From contig OX597833.1 in the NCBI GenBank assembly GCA_951406725.2, positions 2,542,001 to 2,606,000 of the forward strand: a stretch of DNA of 64,000 bases, written 5' to 3'. Source of the DNA: Octopus vulgaris. Taxonomy: Eukaryota. A program made the position numbers and the translations under genes. The first letter of the stretch is position 1. Each line of letters begins with the position of its first letter. Below the pieces are notes generated by a model. It did not search any database. It was not told where the DNA came from and saw nothing but the letters and a program-made list of their open reading frames with translations. This document shows, piece after piece, positions 13,314 to 27,017 of this stretch.

Positions 13314-14221
13314 ATCCAAACATGAAAGCACAATGAAACACAACAACGCGAGGACGTGGAACAAATATAGTATTATTGGACGCTCAGGAAAGAAGCAGGG
13401 TTTAACGTTTCGAGCGGAGCTCTTCGTCGGAAACATAGGAGAAGAAAAGATCCAGAGATGCAACATCTCCATGGTCACCACCATCATCATCGTCATCAAA
13501 ATCATCATCATCATCGCCATTATCATCATCGTCATCGTCACATCATCATCATCATCATCGCTGTCTTCCGATTAGCGCAGACATTGAACTAAACAAAACA
13601 AGAGACAACAACAGCAAGCAGAAGATTGTGAAAACACAGATCCGTTAGCGCGTCGAACAAAACGTCTCACGTTCCGGTTCTTTACAATCTGAATTCAAAT
13701 TTCAGCGAAGTCATCCTTACGTTTCATTTGTCTCCATTGTCTACAGCGCCAAGATACCAGTCGTCTGGTGGACACCATTTAATCATTTGTCCTCACCCGT
13801 CAAAAATCTGGCCTAGAAATTATATCTTTCAGTCATTCAAACAACGGACAAGTGAAATTAATTGAAAATAACTGAGTTTTCTCTTCGCTTTTTTTTATCA
13901 TTTTCAAAATGGCGTAGATTTTGCTGTTCAGACGAAATAATAAACTATGGAACACTTGAAGTGACATATTCATAAATGATGCATGATCTTCGTTTTGGTT
14001 TTGCTTAGTTAGACTTGACTCCTACTTCTACTGTAAAATAAGGACAACTCAATAAAACAAGCAAATTAAAGGCGTGTCTGAGATTCTGTGTCTATGAATG
14101 TGCGACTTTTTATTGTTGTTCTTGCTGTCGTGGTGGTGGTGGTTGAGGTGATGGTTATATTGGGAGAGCTGACGTTTAATGATTCTGACGCTATTTGGAA
14201 TTCGTCTTCTTCTTCTTCTTC

Positions 14222-14283
<62 letters not shown>

Positions 14284-14639
14284 GCCAATTTGTCAACATT
14301 ATTATATGAATTATTCTCACTAAGACACTTCTTTATTTAACTCTATTATTTCACTACCATCATCATCCCCATCATCATCATCATCATCTTTTCTTCTTCA
14401 TCATCATCTTTTTGTTGCGAAAGAACCCCTTATGAAATTTGAATTCAGATTGTAAAGAACCGGAACGTGAGACGTTTTGTTCGACGCGCTAACGGATCTG
14501 TGTTTTCACAATCTTCTGCTTGCTGTTGTTGTCTCTTGTTTTGTTTAGTCCAGTGTCTGCGCTAATCGGAAGACAGCGATGATGATGATGATTTTGATGA
14601 CGATGATGATGGTGATGATCATGGAGATGTTGCAGTTTA

Positions 14640-14692
<53 letters not shown>

Positions 14693-14863
14693 GCTAGTAT
14701 TATAACCCGATTTTATTCGGGTCTACTCAGGCCACATTTTAAAGATGAGGAATTTTGCCGTAGAGGCCACGCCTTTCAATTGAGCAAACTCAAAGTTGGC
14801 ATGCAAACTCCCCAGCACTTTTAACATAGTTGTGAAAACTTTCAGGTCAATCCGGCCACATTT
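13093..14863. repeat. Local inverted duplication (about 13093-13704 versus 14433-14863)
   Basis: Helitron 3' part, (TA)n, (CAT)n and unique flank are all mirrored. Confidence 0.9.
13400..13434 (-). ncRNA. Minimal hammerhead, same family as 46900, U4C core
   Basis: GUUU-CCGACGA-A-GAGC(UCC)GCUC-GAAA-CG-UU-AAAC. Confidence 0.72.
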
Positions 14864-15192
14864 TTACAATTCCGTTCAATGGTTTCTTGCCCTTTGCGTT
14901 TCCTCGTCTATCCGCATGAGAACCTCACCCACTTTTTCCTTTTTTTTTTCTCTCAAAATACACTTAATTTTTTTAAACAAGTCTCTATATTTAATCATAA
15001 CAACGAAATTATCGTCGCAGAAGCAGTTATTATGTTCCATTTTCTCCTGATCGTTCTAGCTGTGCGTGTTACCATATTTCACGAGAAAAATACTTTTTCG
15101 CTCGATTAATTGTGGAAATAACGAAGAACTTCGCAAAATATCATTGTCATCATTAAGATGATTTTGAAAGATATATAATCAGATATATATAT

Positions 15193-16313
15193 AGGTGCAG
15201 GAGTGGCTGTGTGGTAAGTAGCTTGCTAACCAACCACATGGTTCCGGATTCAGTCCCACTGCGTGGCATCTTGGGCAAGTGTCTTCTGCTATAGCCTCGG
15301 GCCGACCAATGCCTTGTGAGTGGATTTGGTAGACGGAAACTGAAAGAAGCCTTTCGTATATATGTATATATATATATATATAAGAATGAATGTTTTTATA
15401 TATAATGAACGTGAAATACAGGAAGGGACGAACACGGAACACAGACAAATCATTCGAAGCCTTCAATCTTCAGTCAGACACCGAATCATCATAGCAAATT
15501 TCGGCTGTTCAATTCTGATATTTGCTCCAACTCGGCCAGCCCCAAGAAAAAAAACTAAGCTGTAAGCATTAGATTTCTTGGTAGAAGACAGGAATGTGAA
15601 CGCACAAGACGGATGTGAATACAAGAGACGAAAACGAAATTGAAAACAGTAATGAATAAACAAAATATATATAACGGTGGTTGTCATACGACTTTAGACC
15701 AAATGAGACAAAAACACAACAACAACATAGCTGGCGTAGAAATAATTACCGTTTCGGTAGCGGGGACACATGTTGGTCGAGATACGAAGGCCAACAGAAT
15801 GGTTTAAGAAGCAGCAGGTCGCAGGAGAGAGAGAAAGAGAGACAGAGAGAGAGGGAATCAAAGAGGGTGGAAGGCAGGGGACAGAATCAGTGACCAAGAG
15901 AAAAGGAGAAAGAAGGGATTAAGGAGGATGGGAGGAAGAGGGGAGGAGGATGGGAGGAAGAGAGGGGAAGAATCGGAGGGCGCCAAAAAGTTTGGTGAAG
16001 AAGCAATGGCGGGTAGTAAAAGACAGTGTGTATAGAAGTCGTGCAGGGTTTAAAATTGGACAAACAAACGGGGGGGTGCACGTAACGCCGCAAATGTGTG
16101 TGTGTGTGTTTGTGTGTCTGTGTTTGTTCCCCCTAGCATTGCTTGACAACCGATGCTGGTGTGTTTACGTCCCCGTCACTTAGCGGTTCGGCAAAAAGAG
16201 ACCGATAGAATAAGTACTGGGCTTACAAAAAGAATAAGTCCCGGGGTCGAGTTGCTCGACTAAAGGCGGTGCTCCAGCATGGCCGCAGTCAAATGACTGA
16301 AACAAGTAAAGAG
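15193..16313 (+). mobile_element. SINE family B split by an approx. 710-bp insertion (15383-16093) in its internal (TA)n
   Basis: 5' half at 15193-15360 and 3' half at 16096-16313 are colinear with intact copies. Confidence 0.8.
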
Positions 16314-16743
16314 AGAATCAAGGAATATGATGTAACCCTTTTGTTCCCCATTTCTATTGAACTGCACTGACTTTATTTCAATTCATTTTAAAGATAATAA
16401 AAGTTAAATTTAATAAAATAACTGGTGTTTAGAATAGAAACCAACGTGAAATTTTGACAATAGGTTTTATTTTTTACCACTTTAAAGCTTTCGTTATAAT
16501 ATTACTGATGCAATGCACTGGCTTTGTTTCAATCTATTTTGAGAATAATGAAGAGTTTCGTAAGATAATTATGCCATTACGTGAATATGATATAAACAAA
16601 CTAATATTTGTTTCTTTATTAGCACCGAGATGTGTATTGTAAGACACAATAAGATGATAAATTATTTTCGAATGCAGAAACGCAGTTAGAACATCAGAAA
16701 TATTGGGTGAATTACCTTTAGAAAGAGGAAGAATTTTTTCAAT

Positions 16744-16816
16744 AAACAATCATGGGAGCCGAACCCACATCCTATGAAGACTCCGGCCAAGTGCTTAACC
16801 ATTAAGCTAAGGTGCC
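16744..16816 (-). pseudogene. Degenerate tRNA-like module
   Basis: GGCACCUUAGCUUAAUGGUUAAGCAC...GAUGUGGGUUCGGCUCCCAU: A box, D arm and T arm recognisable. Confidence 0.55.
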
Positions 16817-16931
16817 TGTTGAGAAATTATTTTTTGCCATTATTAATTAAGCTGTGGTTTAAAACATAGATTAACGTGGAATTATGATGGAAGGATTTAA
16901 TATAGGTCACTTCCATGACTTATTTATATAC

Positions 16932-16976
<45 letters not shown>

Positions 16977-17346
16977 AATTTATATCTATATATATATATA
17001 GATATCTATACACATATTTATGTGTATATGTCTATATATATATTTATATAAATATATACATGTTTATATATATATATATATAATGCATACGTATATATAT
17101 ATATAAATGCATACGTATATATAAATATATATATGTATGTTTTTATATATATATATATGTGTATGTATATACATATAAAGATATATATATACAAAGATAT
17201 ATATATAAAGATATATATATACATAAACAAATTTGTGTGTATAATTCTATGCATATGTGTATATATACTTGCATGAACACATACTTGCACACAAATACAC
17301 ACACTGTATTTAATAGTTCAATAACTTTCCAATACTGTTAATACCC

Positions 17347-17379
<33 letters not shown>

Positions 17380-17405
17380 TGTATGTATGTATGTATGTAT
17401 GTATG

Positions 17406-17439
<34 letters not shown>

Positions 17440-17730
17440 TTCGTGGAATGATAGGGTCACAGGGAGATGTTTGGTCTACTCAGCATAAAGCACACAAAAT
17501 CGGAATTCTACGTGTTGAGCACACCTAAATCTATAACCGTGAATCCAAATTCTGTTGAACGAGGTCTGAAGTGCTGCAAAGGTTGTGGTCATTTCTCTTT
17601 CACCCAGACTGAGCTAATTGAAAAAAAAAAAAGTAATGGGTTCATTAGAAATATATTTGCAGTGACGAAAATAACACATTAATTAATGCCTAATATTATT
17701 TATAATTTTCCATCAGTCATGTGAGACTAC

Positions 17731-17770
17731 TCAGGACATGTTTTGGTCTTATTCGGAGCTCATCAGTGAA
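17731..17770 (-). ncRNA. Decayed hammerhead (relative at 43981-44020 minus)
   Basis: UCA-CUGAUGA-GCUC(CGAAUAA)GACC-AAAA-CAUG-UC-CUGA; palindromic ACAUGU; GAAA changed to AAAA. Confidence 0.5.
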
Positions 17771-19187
17771 GCATAATCTCCACTGTAGTTGCAAACACAG
17801 TGATGTATGCATCACTAAGGAAATATATACCTTTCTATAAATTAGCAATTCGCGTGAGAAGCAACCTTTGTAATGAATGTTAATTTATACATCCAAGTTG
17901 GATGTGTTGATAGGAACATTATCTCGTAAAGACGTTAGAGGCTAAAAACGAACAGATTCTATCGGCAGACGAAAATTTCGTCAGCACCGGTGATGTGACT
18001 GTTGTACCGCGTGATATCAGCGTAAATTGTACATCCTCAGCGCAAAGTACCCTACCACTGAACGCCTGATATGAAGTCCTTCAAACGGATGTAGTTTAAT
18101 ACTGACCAATCAAACAGGGATTTCTCAAAACGATTACAGCAGCCGACAACGCACAAAACAACACAACCAAGTTCAGTTCGATGTGCAAATTAGTTTGGCT
18201 ATATTTTGGCGGGAAGAAAATAGAAAACATTAGAAATTTATCCTTTCAGAGAGATACACCACGAATGAACCATTTTGTAGTTACTTAACAAGTTAAAAAT
18301 TGCAGACAAATCTCAGAGCCAAAACATATAGGACGATGTAATCTTAGATAAACTATAAATAAAAGCCGTGATTGTTACGTTTGGAACGCCTTTCTCTTAT
18401 AGATCTGCTCGATTAACATCACTATGTTTCTTTAATCTTATTTTTGTTCTTCTTTACTCCTTTGTTCTTTTCAAACATTTTATCTTCCTTTCTCAAAGAC
18501 ACACGAACTTTATATATAAAACTTCTGCTCAACAAAATGTCGCTTGTACTAAAGTGACATTTAATTCCGAAATCAAAGCGAGGCTAAGTTTTAGATAACA
18601 CTCTTTACATTTACTTCTCATTACACCGTCGGTGTCTCTCCGTACTAAACCGACTCAAATGTTGTCCGCTTCAGTAAACATAACTTAGTAATGACTCCTT
18701 TGAGTGAACAGATCAATAAAGTCGGGTTTTAACAAACCGGATACTTCTAAACGTGATTGCATCGAACCTAATGTTTTCAGTGCGATCATTGTATTGTTTG
18801 TGAGTTTGGCTGGATTAAGACTTTGTCAATTAGTTACAATTATGTTGGGCTTTTTTTTTCTTTTTACAGACACGGAGAGACATAACGACACACTCACGTA
18901 CATATATTTGTGTGCATGCGTGTATGTGTGTGTGTGTGTTTCTGTGTGTAGAGGGAAAGCAAAAGAGAGACACAGAGAAAGAGTAAAAAAGAGAAAGAGA
19001 AAGAGAAAGAGAGAGAAATGAAAAAAAAAGAAAAGATAAGATGGAGCGGAGAAACGGAGAAAAAAGTATTTGTATTTTGTAATAATGCTTAGATGAACAC
19101 ATAAAGACATAGATACTGTGTAAACAGACAGACGAACAGACGAAGAAGCAGACAGCCAGACGGCAGCAGATGGACAGATAGATCCCT

Positions 19188-19327
<140 letters not shown>

Positions 19328-19384
19328 GTATATATATGTATATATATAATTACATATATATATGTGTCTATGTATGTATATACG

Positions 19385-19457
<73 letters not shown>

Positions 19458-20494
19458 TATCGAGTGTTAAACAAATACATCTGTTTATTGTTTACACACC
19501 CGTCTTCGTCTTTTGTTTTTTTGTTTTTTGTAAATTCTCACTATGTATGTGTGTATAAAAAACACACTGGTGTTTAAGCTTTACGACACCTTCTTCGGTA
19601 GAATTTTATTGATTTGTTCCTTGATTAGACCATAGCATGTAATTGAGCATCTAAGAGTAATGGTAACGGTCATCATCAAGATGTGATCTCACCGGTTTCT
19701 ACCTGTTTATAATTTTACCTGAAAGTGGTGAATTATGTGTTACGGTGCAATCTATGAATATAGCAATAAAATTTCTACAGAGCCGTCTGTTGTAAATTAT
19801 AAACCACATTGACTTACTTTTTTGTAGCTACGCCACACCTTGGACAAGCCTTGGGTTGGATCAAGCGGTGGTGGTGTTTCTTACGTCCCCGTAACCTAGC
19901 AATTCGGAAAAATGTGTGATATAATAACTAAAAGGTTTAAAAGGTTTAAAAGAAACACAGATTCTGAGGTCAATTCATTCGACTAAAAATTCTTCAACGT
20001 TGTGCCCCCAACATGGCGGCAGCTTATTGATTAAAACAAGTAAAAAAACAAAAAGTCTATGAAACAACCTAAACTAATACATCTATAAATATAGGTGTGT
20101 GTGTGTGTGTGTATGCACATATATATACATACATATATATATCTGTATACACACACACACACATATATATATATACATATTCATATATACATATATATAT
20201 ATGTGTGTGTGTGTGTATATGTATGCATGAATACATGCTTACATGTATATATGTATGTATGCATGTATACATGTTTACATATATAAATATATACATATAT
20301 ATAAACGCACTTTAATATTATCAATATGTATATTCATACACACGCACACTCAAATATGTGCGTGTATGGGCGTGTGTGTTATACATTAAATTTTACCTAT
20401 CAGTCTCTGAGAATATTAGAGACAAAACTGTCTGTAAATCTGTCATCCTACCTAGCGATCTATAAGTATGTCTGTTCAACGTGTGTGCGTGTCT

Positions 20495-20559
<65 letters not shown>

Positions 20560-20757
20560 ATGAGTTCAAATACCTTCTCATTACACGAAAGAAAGAAAAA
20601 CGGAGACATTTTATTCTGGCGTTTGCGACTGACATATATTAATGAGGAAAAAAAACAACGCTTTCTTGCTTTGACTGTTTCCATCAGCTGCTCCCATCAC
20701 CTCACGCATGCGCTCACACACCTACACATACAGACCCACACGTGCATATACAAACAC

Positions 20758-20805
<48 letters not shown>

Positions 20806-20856
20806 ATATATGTATATATATATATGTATATATATATATTTATATATATATATACA

Positions 20857-20927
<71 letters not shown>

Positions 20928-20991
20928 TAGATAGATAGATAGATAGATATAGATATAGATATATATAGATATATATATATTTATATATATG

Positions 20992-21053
<62 letters not shown>

Positions 21054-21593
21054 CATATATATATACATATATATATATAGATTTATATATATATATTATA
21101 TATCATATATATATATATATATGCGTGTGTGTGTGTATGTGTGTGTTGTGTGTGTGTGTGTGTGTATGTGTGTGTGTTTATATGTAAACATATATACATA
21201 CTTACATATACACACATACATACATAATACTTATGTAATGTAGCATAGTATAAAATAAACATTTGTTGACATTAATCTGTCTGGATGTCTAAGGAAGGAA
21301 AAAAAAAATAAGCAAGGTTAAAAGTCACAACAACCAACAGTTGAAGGAACACAAAAAAAAAACAAAAGAAAATAGATAAATAAAAGCAAACAAATAGAAC
21401 AAATAAAGTGAAAATATTGGAAATTATATAACAAAATTCAAAATCTGTGAAAAAGTCGTAACACACAGTCTTATATTAATACACATTGCACAACGTAGAT
21501 ACCAATGTGTGTGTTTGTTTGTGTGTGTGTGTGTGAGTGTGTGTGTGTGTGTTTGTATATACTACAAAAGTCAAGTGGTATGAGAAATAAATA

Positions 21594-22506
21594 TTAAGTC
21601 ATCCCATAAATAATGATTTTTTTCATTTCAATTACATGAACTAAAAGTCGGTGTTGGGTAGGATTAACTACCTGTATCAACTTGCTATAAATGCAGGTAG
21701 TAATTTGACCTATACTTATTCTTAGTGCAAGTTTTAAAGAGTGTAGTTTGATTTTCAAAGCTATAATGAAAGTGATTAAGAAGCATATTCGGCATATTTT
21801 GCTTTATGAGTTCAATAAAGGCAACAACGCAACGGAATGTGCGAGGAATATTAATGCAGTATATGGGGATCGGACAATAAGCGTAAGCCAGTGTCAACGT
21901 TGGTTCCAGAAATTCTGAGCCTAGAAGATTCCAACCTAGAAGATTCCAACCTAGAAGATGAGCCTTGTCCTAGATCTGTTGATCTCGATGAGGACGTTCT
22001 GCAAACCCTGGTGGAACAAAATCCCATCGTAACTGTTGAGGAACTGGCAGAGAAGTTCGATTTTGTCATTCAATTAGTCATTCAAGACAACTATAGAAGA
22101 AAAACGACCATCTTTGGTTTCAAGGCGAAATGTTCTTCCATCGGTATAATGCACGGCCACATATAGCGGGGATGACATTCCAAAGGCTGGAGCGGTTTGA
22201 ATGGGAAACGATGACCCACCCACTATATTCGCTGGACATTGCCCCATTTATTCCGTAGTCTTCAAAATGATTTGGACGGAAAAGATATGAATTTTGTAGA
22301 CGAGGTCAAAGCAGTACTGGAGGAGTAATTTTCGTCACGGAGGAGTGAATTTTGGAAGAGGGGCCTTGCAAGTCTAATAGATAAATGGAAGAGCATTGAA
22401 GAAAATGAAGGCGAATATATTTTAGGTTAGAAAAAGAACTTTATTTATCTTAATTTTGGAAATTAAAAAGTATTTAAAAAACCGCATTATTTATGGAATG
22501 ACCTAA
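21594..22506 (+). mobile_element. Internally deleted, decayed mariner (Tc1/mariner) DNA transposon
   Basis: TIRs ttaagtcatcccataaataatg / cattatttatggaatgacctaa with TA on both sides; transposase remnants RHILLYEFNKG.NAT..ARNI..VYG, WFQKF, NARPH, HPLYSLDIAP. Confidence 0.9.
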
Positions 22507-22794
22507 TATATATTTATTTAGCCAAGTGATATCTTTAGAGTTACAGTCGTTTCGCAACCTTATTTATGTAGAATTAATTGCAGGGCGTAGGAAATGATGC
22601 TTATATGTTTGCTTTAATATGCATGCTCGACATCGTACAGGTACAATTGTGTATTGACGAATCCCTGCAAATAAAGAAAACTGGCTCATCAAATCGCATT
22701 GTTACACCAACAACAATTCAACACTTATTTCTACATATGTACACACATACAATCATATATATATTAATATATATGTATATATATTTCTGTGTCT

Positions 22795-22830
22795 CTTTCT
22801 GTAGAAGAGCGTAGGCTTGAAACGTAAAAG
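22795..22830 (+). ncRNA. Minimal hammerhead-like motif with A6U core
   Basis: CUUU-CUGUAGA-A-GAGC(GUAG)GCUU-GAAA-CG-UA-AAAG; sister copy at 41365-41401 (-) has CUGUUGA. Confidence 0.65.
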
Positions 22831-22913
22831 ACTTTTTCTATTCCTGAGCGTTATACTAATACATCTGTTTGTTTTGTACACCACCTGTCTTCGTCTTTTG
22901 TTTTTTTCGTAAA

Positions 22914-22961
<48 letters not shown>

Positions 22962-23229
22962 GGTGAAGGCGCATGCTTCAGTACTCAGAGCGTCGACCTT
23001 ACGATCTTGAGTTTGTGAGTGTTCCAATCTCGGACCAGACTTCATGTTGTGTTCTTGAGCAAGACACTTTATTTCACGTTGCTCCAGTTCACTCAGCTGT
23101 AGAAATGAGTTGCGACGTCACAGGTGCCAAGCTGTATCGGCCCCTTTTGCCTTTCCCTTGGATAACACTGGTGGTGTGGAGAGGGCAGCAATTTTGCAGG
23201 AACAAACACAGACACACACACACACACAC

Positions 23230-23263
<34 letters not shown>

Positions 23264-23316
23264 GACGGGCTTCTTTCAAAAGCCGCTCTTGCGTCTATAT
23301 ATATATAATATATAAA

Positions 23317-23384
<68 letters not shown>

Positions 23385-24081
23385 CATGTATATGCGTGTA
23401 TATATACATGTGTGTGTGTGTGTATACATATATGTTTGTATGTATTAATGCATGAATTATTTATTAATGAACGGCACACCAAAAAATGGTTGGTGAAGCA
23501 TTAGTGAATATTGTTTTGTTATTTTATGAAGAGGCCTAAACTCTTTTTTTGGTTTGAAATCTATAGACTTTCGCTTTTGTAACATAGTTGGCTACAGAAT
23601 TCAAATATATTCCGCCGTTGCTGTTTTCCTGGGAAAAAACGAAAATGCCTTCTCTCTTGGGTTCAGCGAACGTTTTGTGAAATATTTGCTTATTTCGCTA
23701 AATATTCATCAATGACGAAGTGAGTGTGCGTTCGTGTAGTTGTGGTGTGTTTGAGAATAATGTGTAAGTGTGTATAACTAGTACAGCTTTCTATGTATCT
23801 GTGTGTATATACATACATATATAAATTTATATATACATAGATATATTCATACATACATATATCTATCTATATATATATATTTATACATGTATAAATATAT
23901 AACTACATCAGTATATATATATATATAAGTATGTATGTATGTATGTATGTATGTATGTATGTATGTATGTATGTATGTATGTATGCATATATAAATAAAT
24001 TTATAAAGTGAGAGGGAGAGGGGAAGAGAGAGAGAAATATATTTATCTAAGTTTATGCTCATTTATAATAACGTGTCTGTA

Positions 24082-24133
<52 letters not shown>

Positions 24134-24145
24134 CGCGTATGTATG

Positions 24146-24190
<45 letters not shown>

Positions 24191-25300
24191 ACATACACAC
24201 ACACACCAACACACGCTCATAAATACATACTTATATACCTGTTTATTAATAACGTGTTTTTCTGTATATATGACTGTATCTTTATGTGTGTATATATATA
24301 TATAGAGAGAGAGAAGGGGAGAAATAGAGGAAGTGATAGATAGATATAAATATATAGATATATATATATACACCACATACATATATTCATACATATCCAT
24401 ATGTGTGTGTGCATTAATATAGCTACATACACGCAGACACACACTTATGTCTACCTATCTATCTATCTATCTATCTACATATGTATATATATATATATAT
24501 ATATACAATACATTATTATTTGCACCTGAGAGAATATGTTTTATTATTCTCTCCGAGGACGGACAGGCACAGTAAAATACATTAGCAATATTTTAAAATA
24601 CCATGGACACTAAATGTAGTCTACATAAGTGACTGCAAATAGAATAACGATGATGAGGGAAATAATATATAGAGAAATAGCTTTGTTAAATCTATTCAAT
24701 AAAATAACGAGGAAAAGTATTCGAGAAGCGTTGGAAGCAGCAACAATGACAGCAAGATGAATACGAAACGAAGCTGTTGAAGTTTAAAAGATAAGAAAAA
24801 TACTTATGTGTCTCAGTCCGTGAGAGTGGATGTATGCATGTGAATGCGAGTGCGTATCTGTTTGCGTGTGTGTGTATCAGATCTTACATATACATATATA
24901 TGTGGGTGTGTGTATTCACCCGTAGAGATTTTATACACACACACACACACACATATATATATATTCAAAAAGATCTCAAATTTTATTTAATTTGCTTTTC
25001 GCGGGAAGAAAAGTTCCAATCGAAGATGCGTCTCGCCTTCACCTTCGAAACGCAGAGTAGATGAAACCATGGCGACTGAAGAAGGGGAATTTTCCTTGTG
25101 TTATTTGTCCTGTACTCTATTTTTTTGTTGTTTAAGAAAAATGTCCAGTTCCTTGGTTTTGTGTTTATGTTTTCGTTTCTCATTGTGTTCGACGTTTTTT
25201 TGGTGTTCTGTACCCATATATGCATGTATATATACATGTAGAGGTAGGTACTTACATATATGTATGTATATATGCATATGTTTTATTTTATTTATTAATT

Positions 25301-25348
<48 letters not shown>

Positions 25349-25350
<2 letters not shown>

Positions 25351-25517
25351 CGCAGGAGTGGCTGTGTGGTAAGTAGCTTACTTACCAACCACATGGTTCC
25401 GGGTTCAGTCCCACTGTGTGGCATCTTGGGCAAGTGTTTTCTGCTATAGCCCCGGGCCCCGGGCCGACCAATGCCTTGTGAGTGGATTTGGTAGACGGAA
25501 ACTGAAAGAAGCCTGTC

Positions 25518-25600
<83 letters not shown>

Positions 25601-25819
25601 TGTGTGTATGTTAGTGTGTCTGTGTTTGTCCCCCTAGCATTGCTTGACAACCGATGCTGGTGTGTTTACGTCCCCGTCACTTAGCGGTTCGGCAAAAGAG
25701 TCCGATAGAATAAGTACTGGGCTTTACAAAAGAATAAGTCCCGGGGTCGATTTGCTCGACTAAAGGCGGTGCTCCAGCATGGTCGTAGTCAAATGCCTGA
25801 AACAAGTAAAAGAGTAAAA

Positions 25820-25821
<2 letters not shown>
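25349..25821 (+). mobile_element. SINE family B copy
   Basis: Full length. Further copies near 37832-38235 (+), 42610-42812 (-), 44087-44580 (+), 49154-49561 (-), 49906-50307 (+) and 52944-53240 (-). Confidence 0.9.
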
Positions 25822-25857
<36 letters not shown>

Positions 25858-26106
25858 GAGTGAGTAGACAAGTGAAAGAAAGGCACTCATCACATTTATT
25901 GGGAGTCACATGTGTGGAGCAAAACAGCGGTATTTTGAAGTCATAACGTAGGACCTGAACGAATGTCGCTTCCCTTGCTGCTCAGTACGATAAGGATTAT
26001 GCCAACTCGTAGCCATATTTCATTCGATATCAGCAACCAATCAACGGGATCATAGTCCACATAGGCAGAGAGAAGGACAGACAGACAGACACACACACAT
26101 ACACAC

Positions 26107-26635
<529 letters not shown>

Positions 26636-26765
26636 ATAGGTATTCAGAATGTGAAAACCAATATTGAGTTACATACTATATTAATAAAAAGGGCCTTTCT
26701 GCACTTGCCCAATCGTTTGGAAACCAGGAGTAAATATAACTCTATTAGTTTCTCTGTGGGGACTT

Positions 26766-26822
26766 GTGTCTCCCTGATGAGAAACTAATAGACTATTGTT
26801 TTCGAAGTGTTTGCACAGGCAC
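26766..26822 (+). ncRNA. Hammerhead-like motif with G15.1-C16.1
   Basis: GUG(ucu)CC-CUGAUGA-GAAAC..GUUUUC-GAA-GUG(UUUG)CAC-A-GGCAC. Confidence 0.55.
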
Positions 26823-26905
26823 TAAATAACATTTCTTTGCATATACATACATACACAGATATAATATATATATACATATATATATATATACATATATATA
26901 TATAC

Positions 26906-26987
<82 letters not shown>

Positions 26988-27017
26988 TATGTATATATGT
27001 GTATTTATATATACACA

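Noticed and set aside
17968-17985. CUGACGA on the minus strand
   Set aside because: Part of a GACGAAA/TTTCGTC hairpin with no stem II-GAAA-UH.
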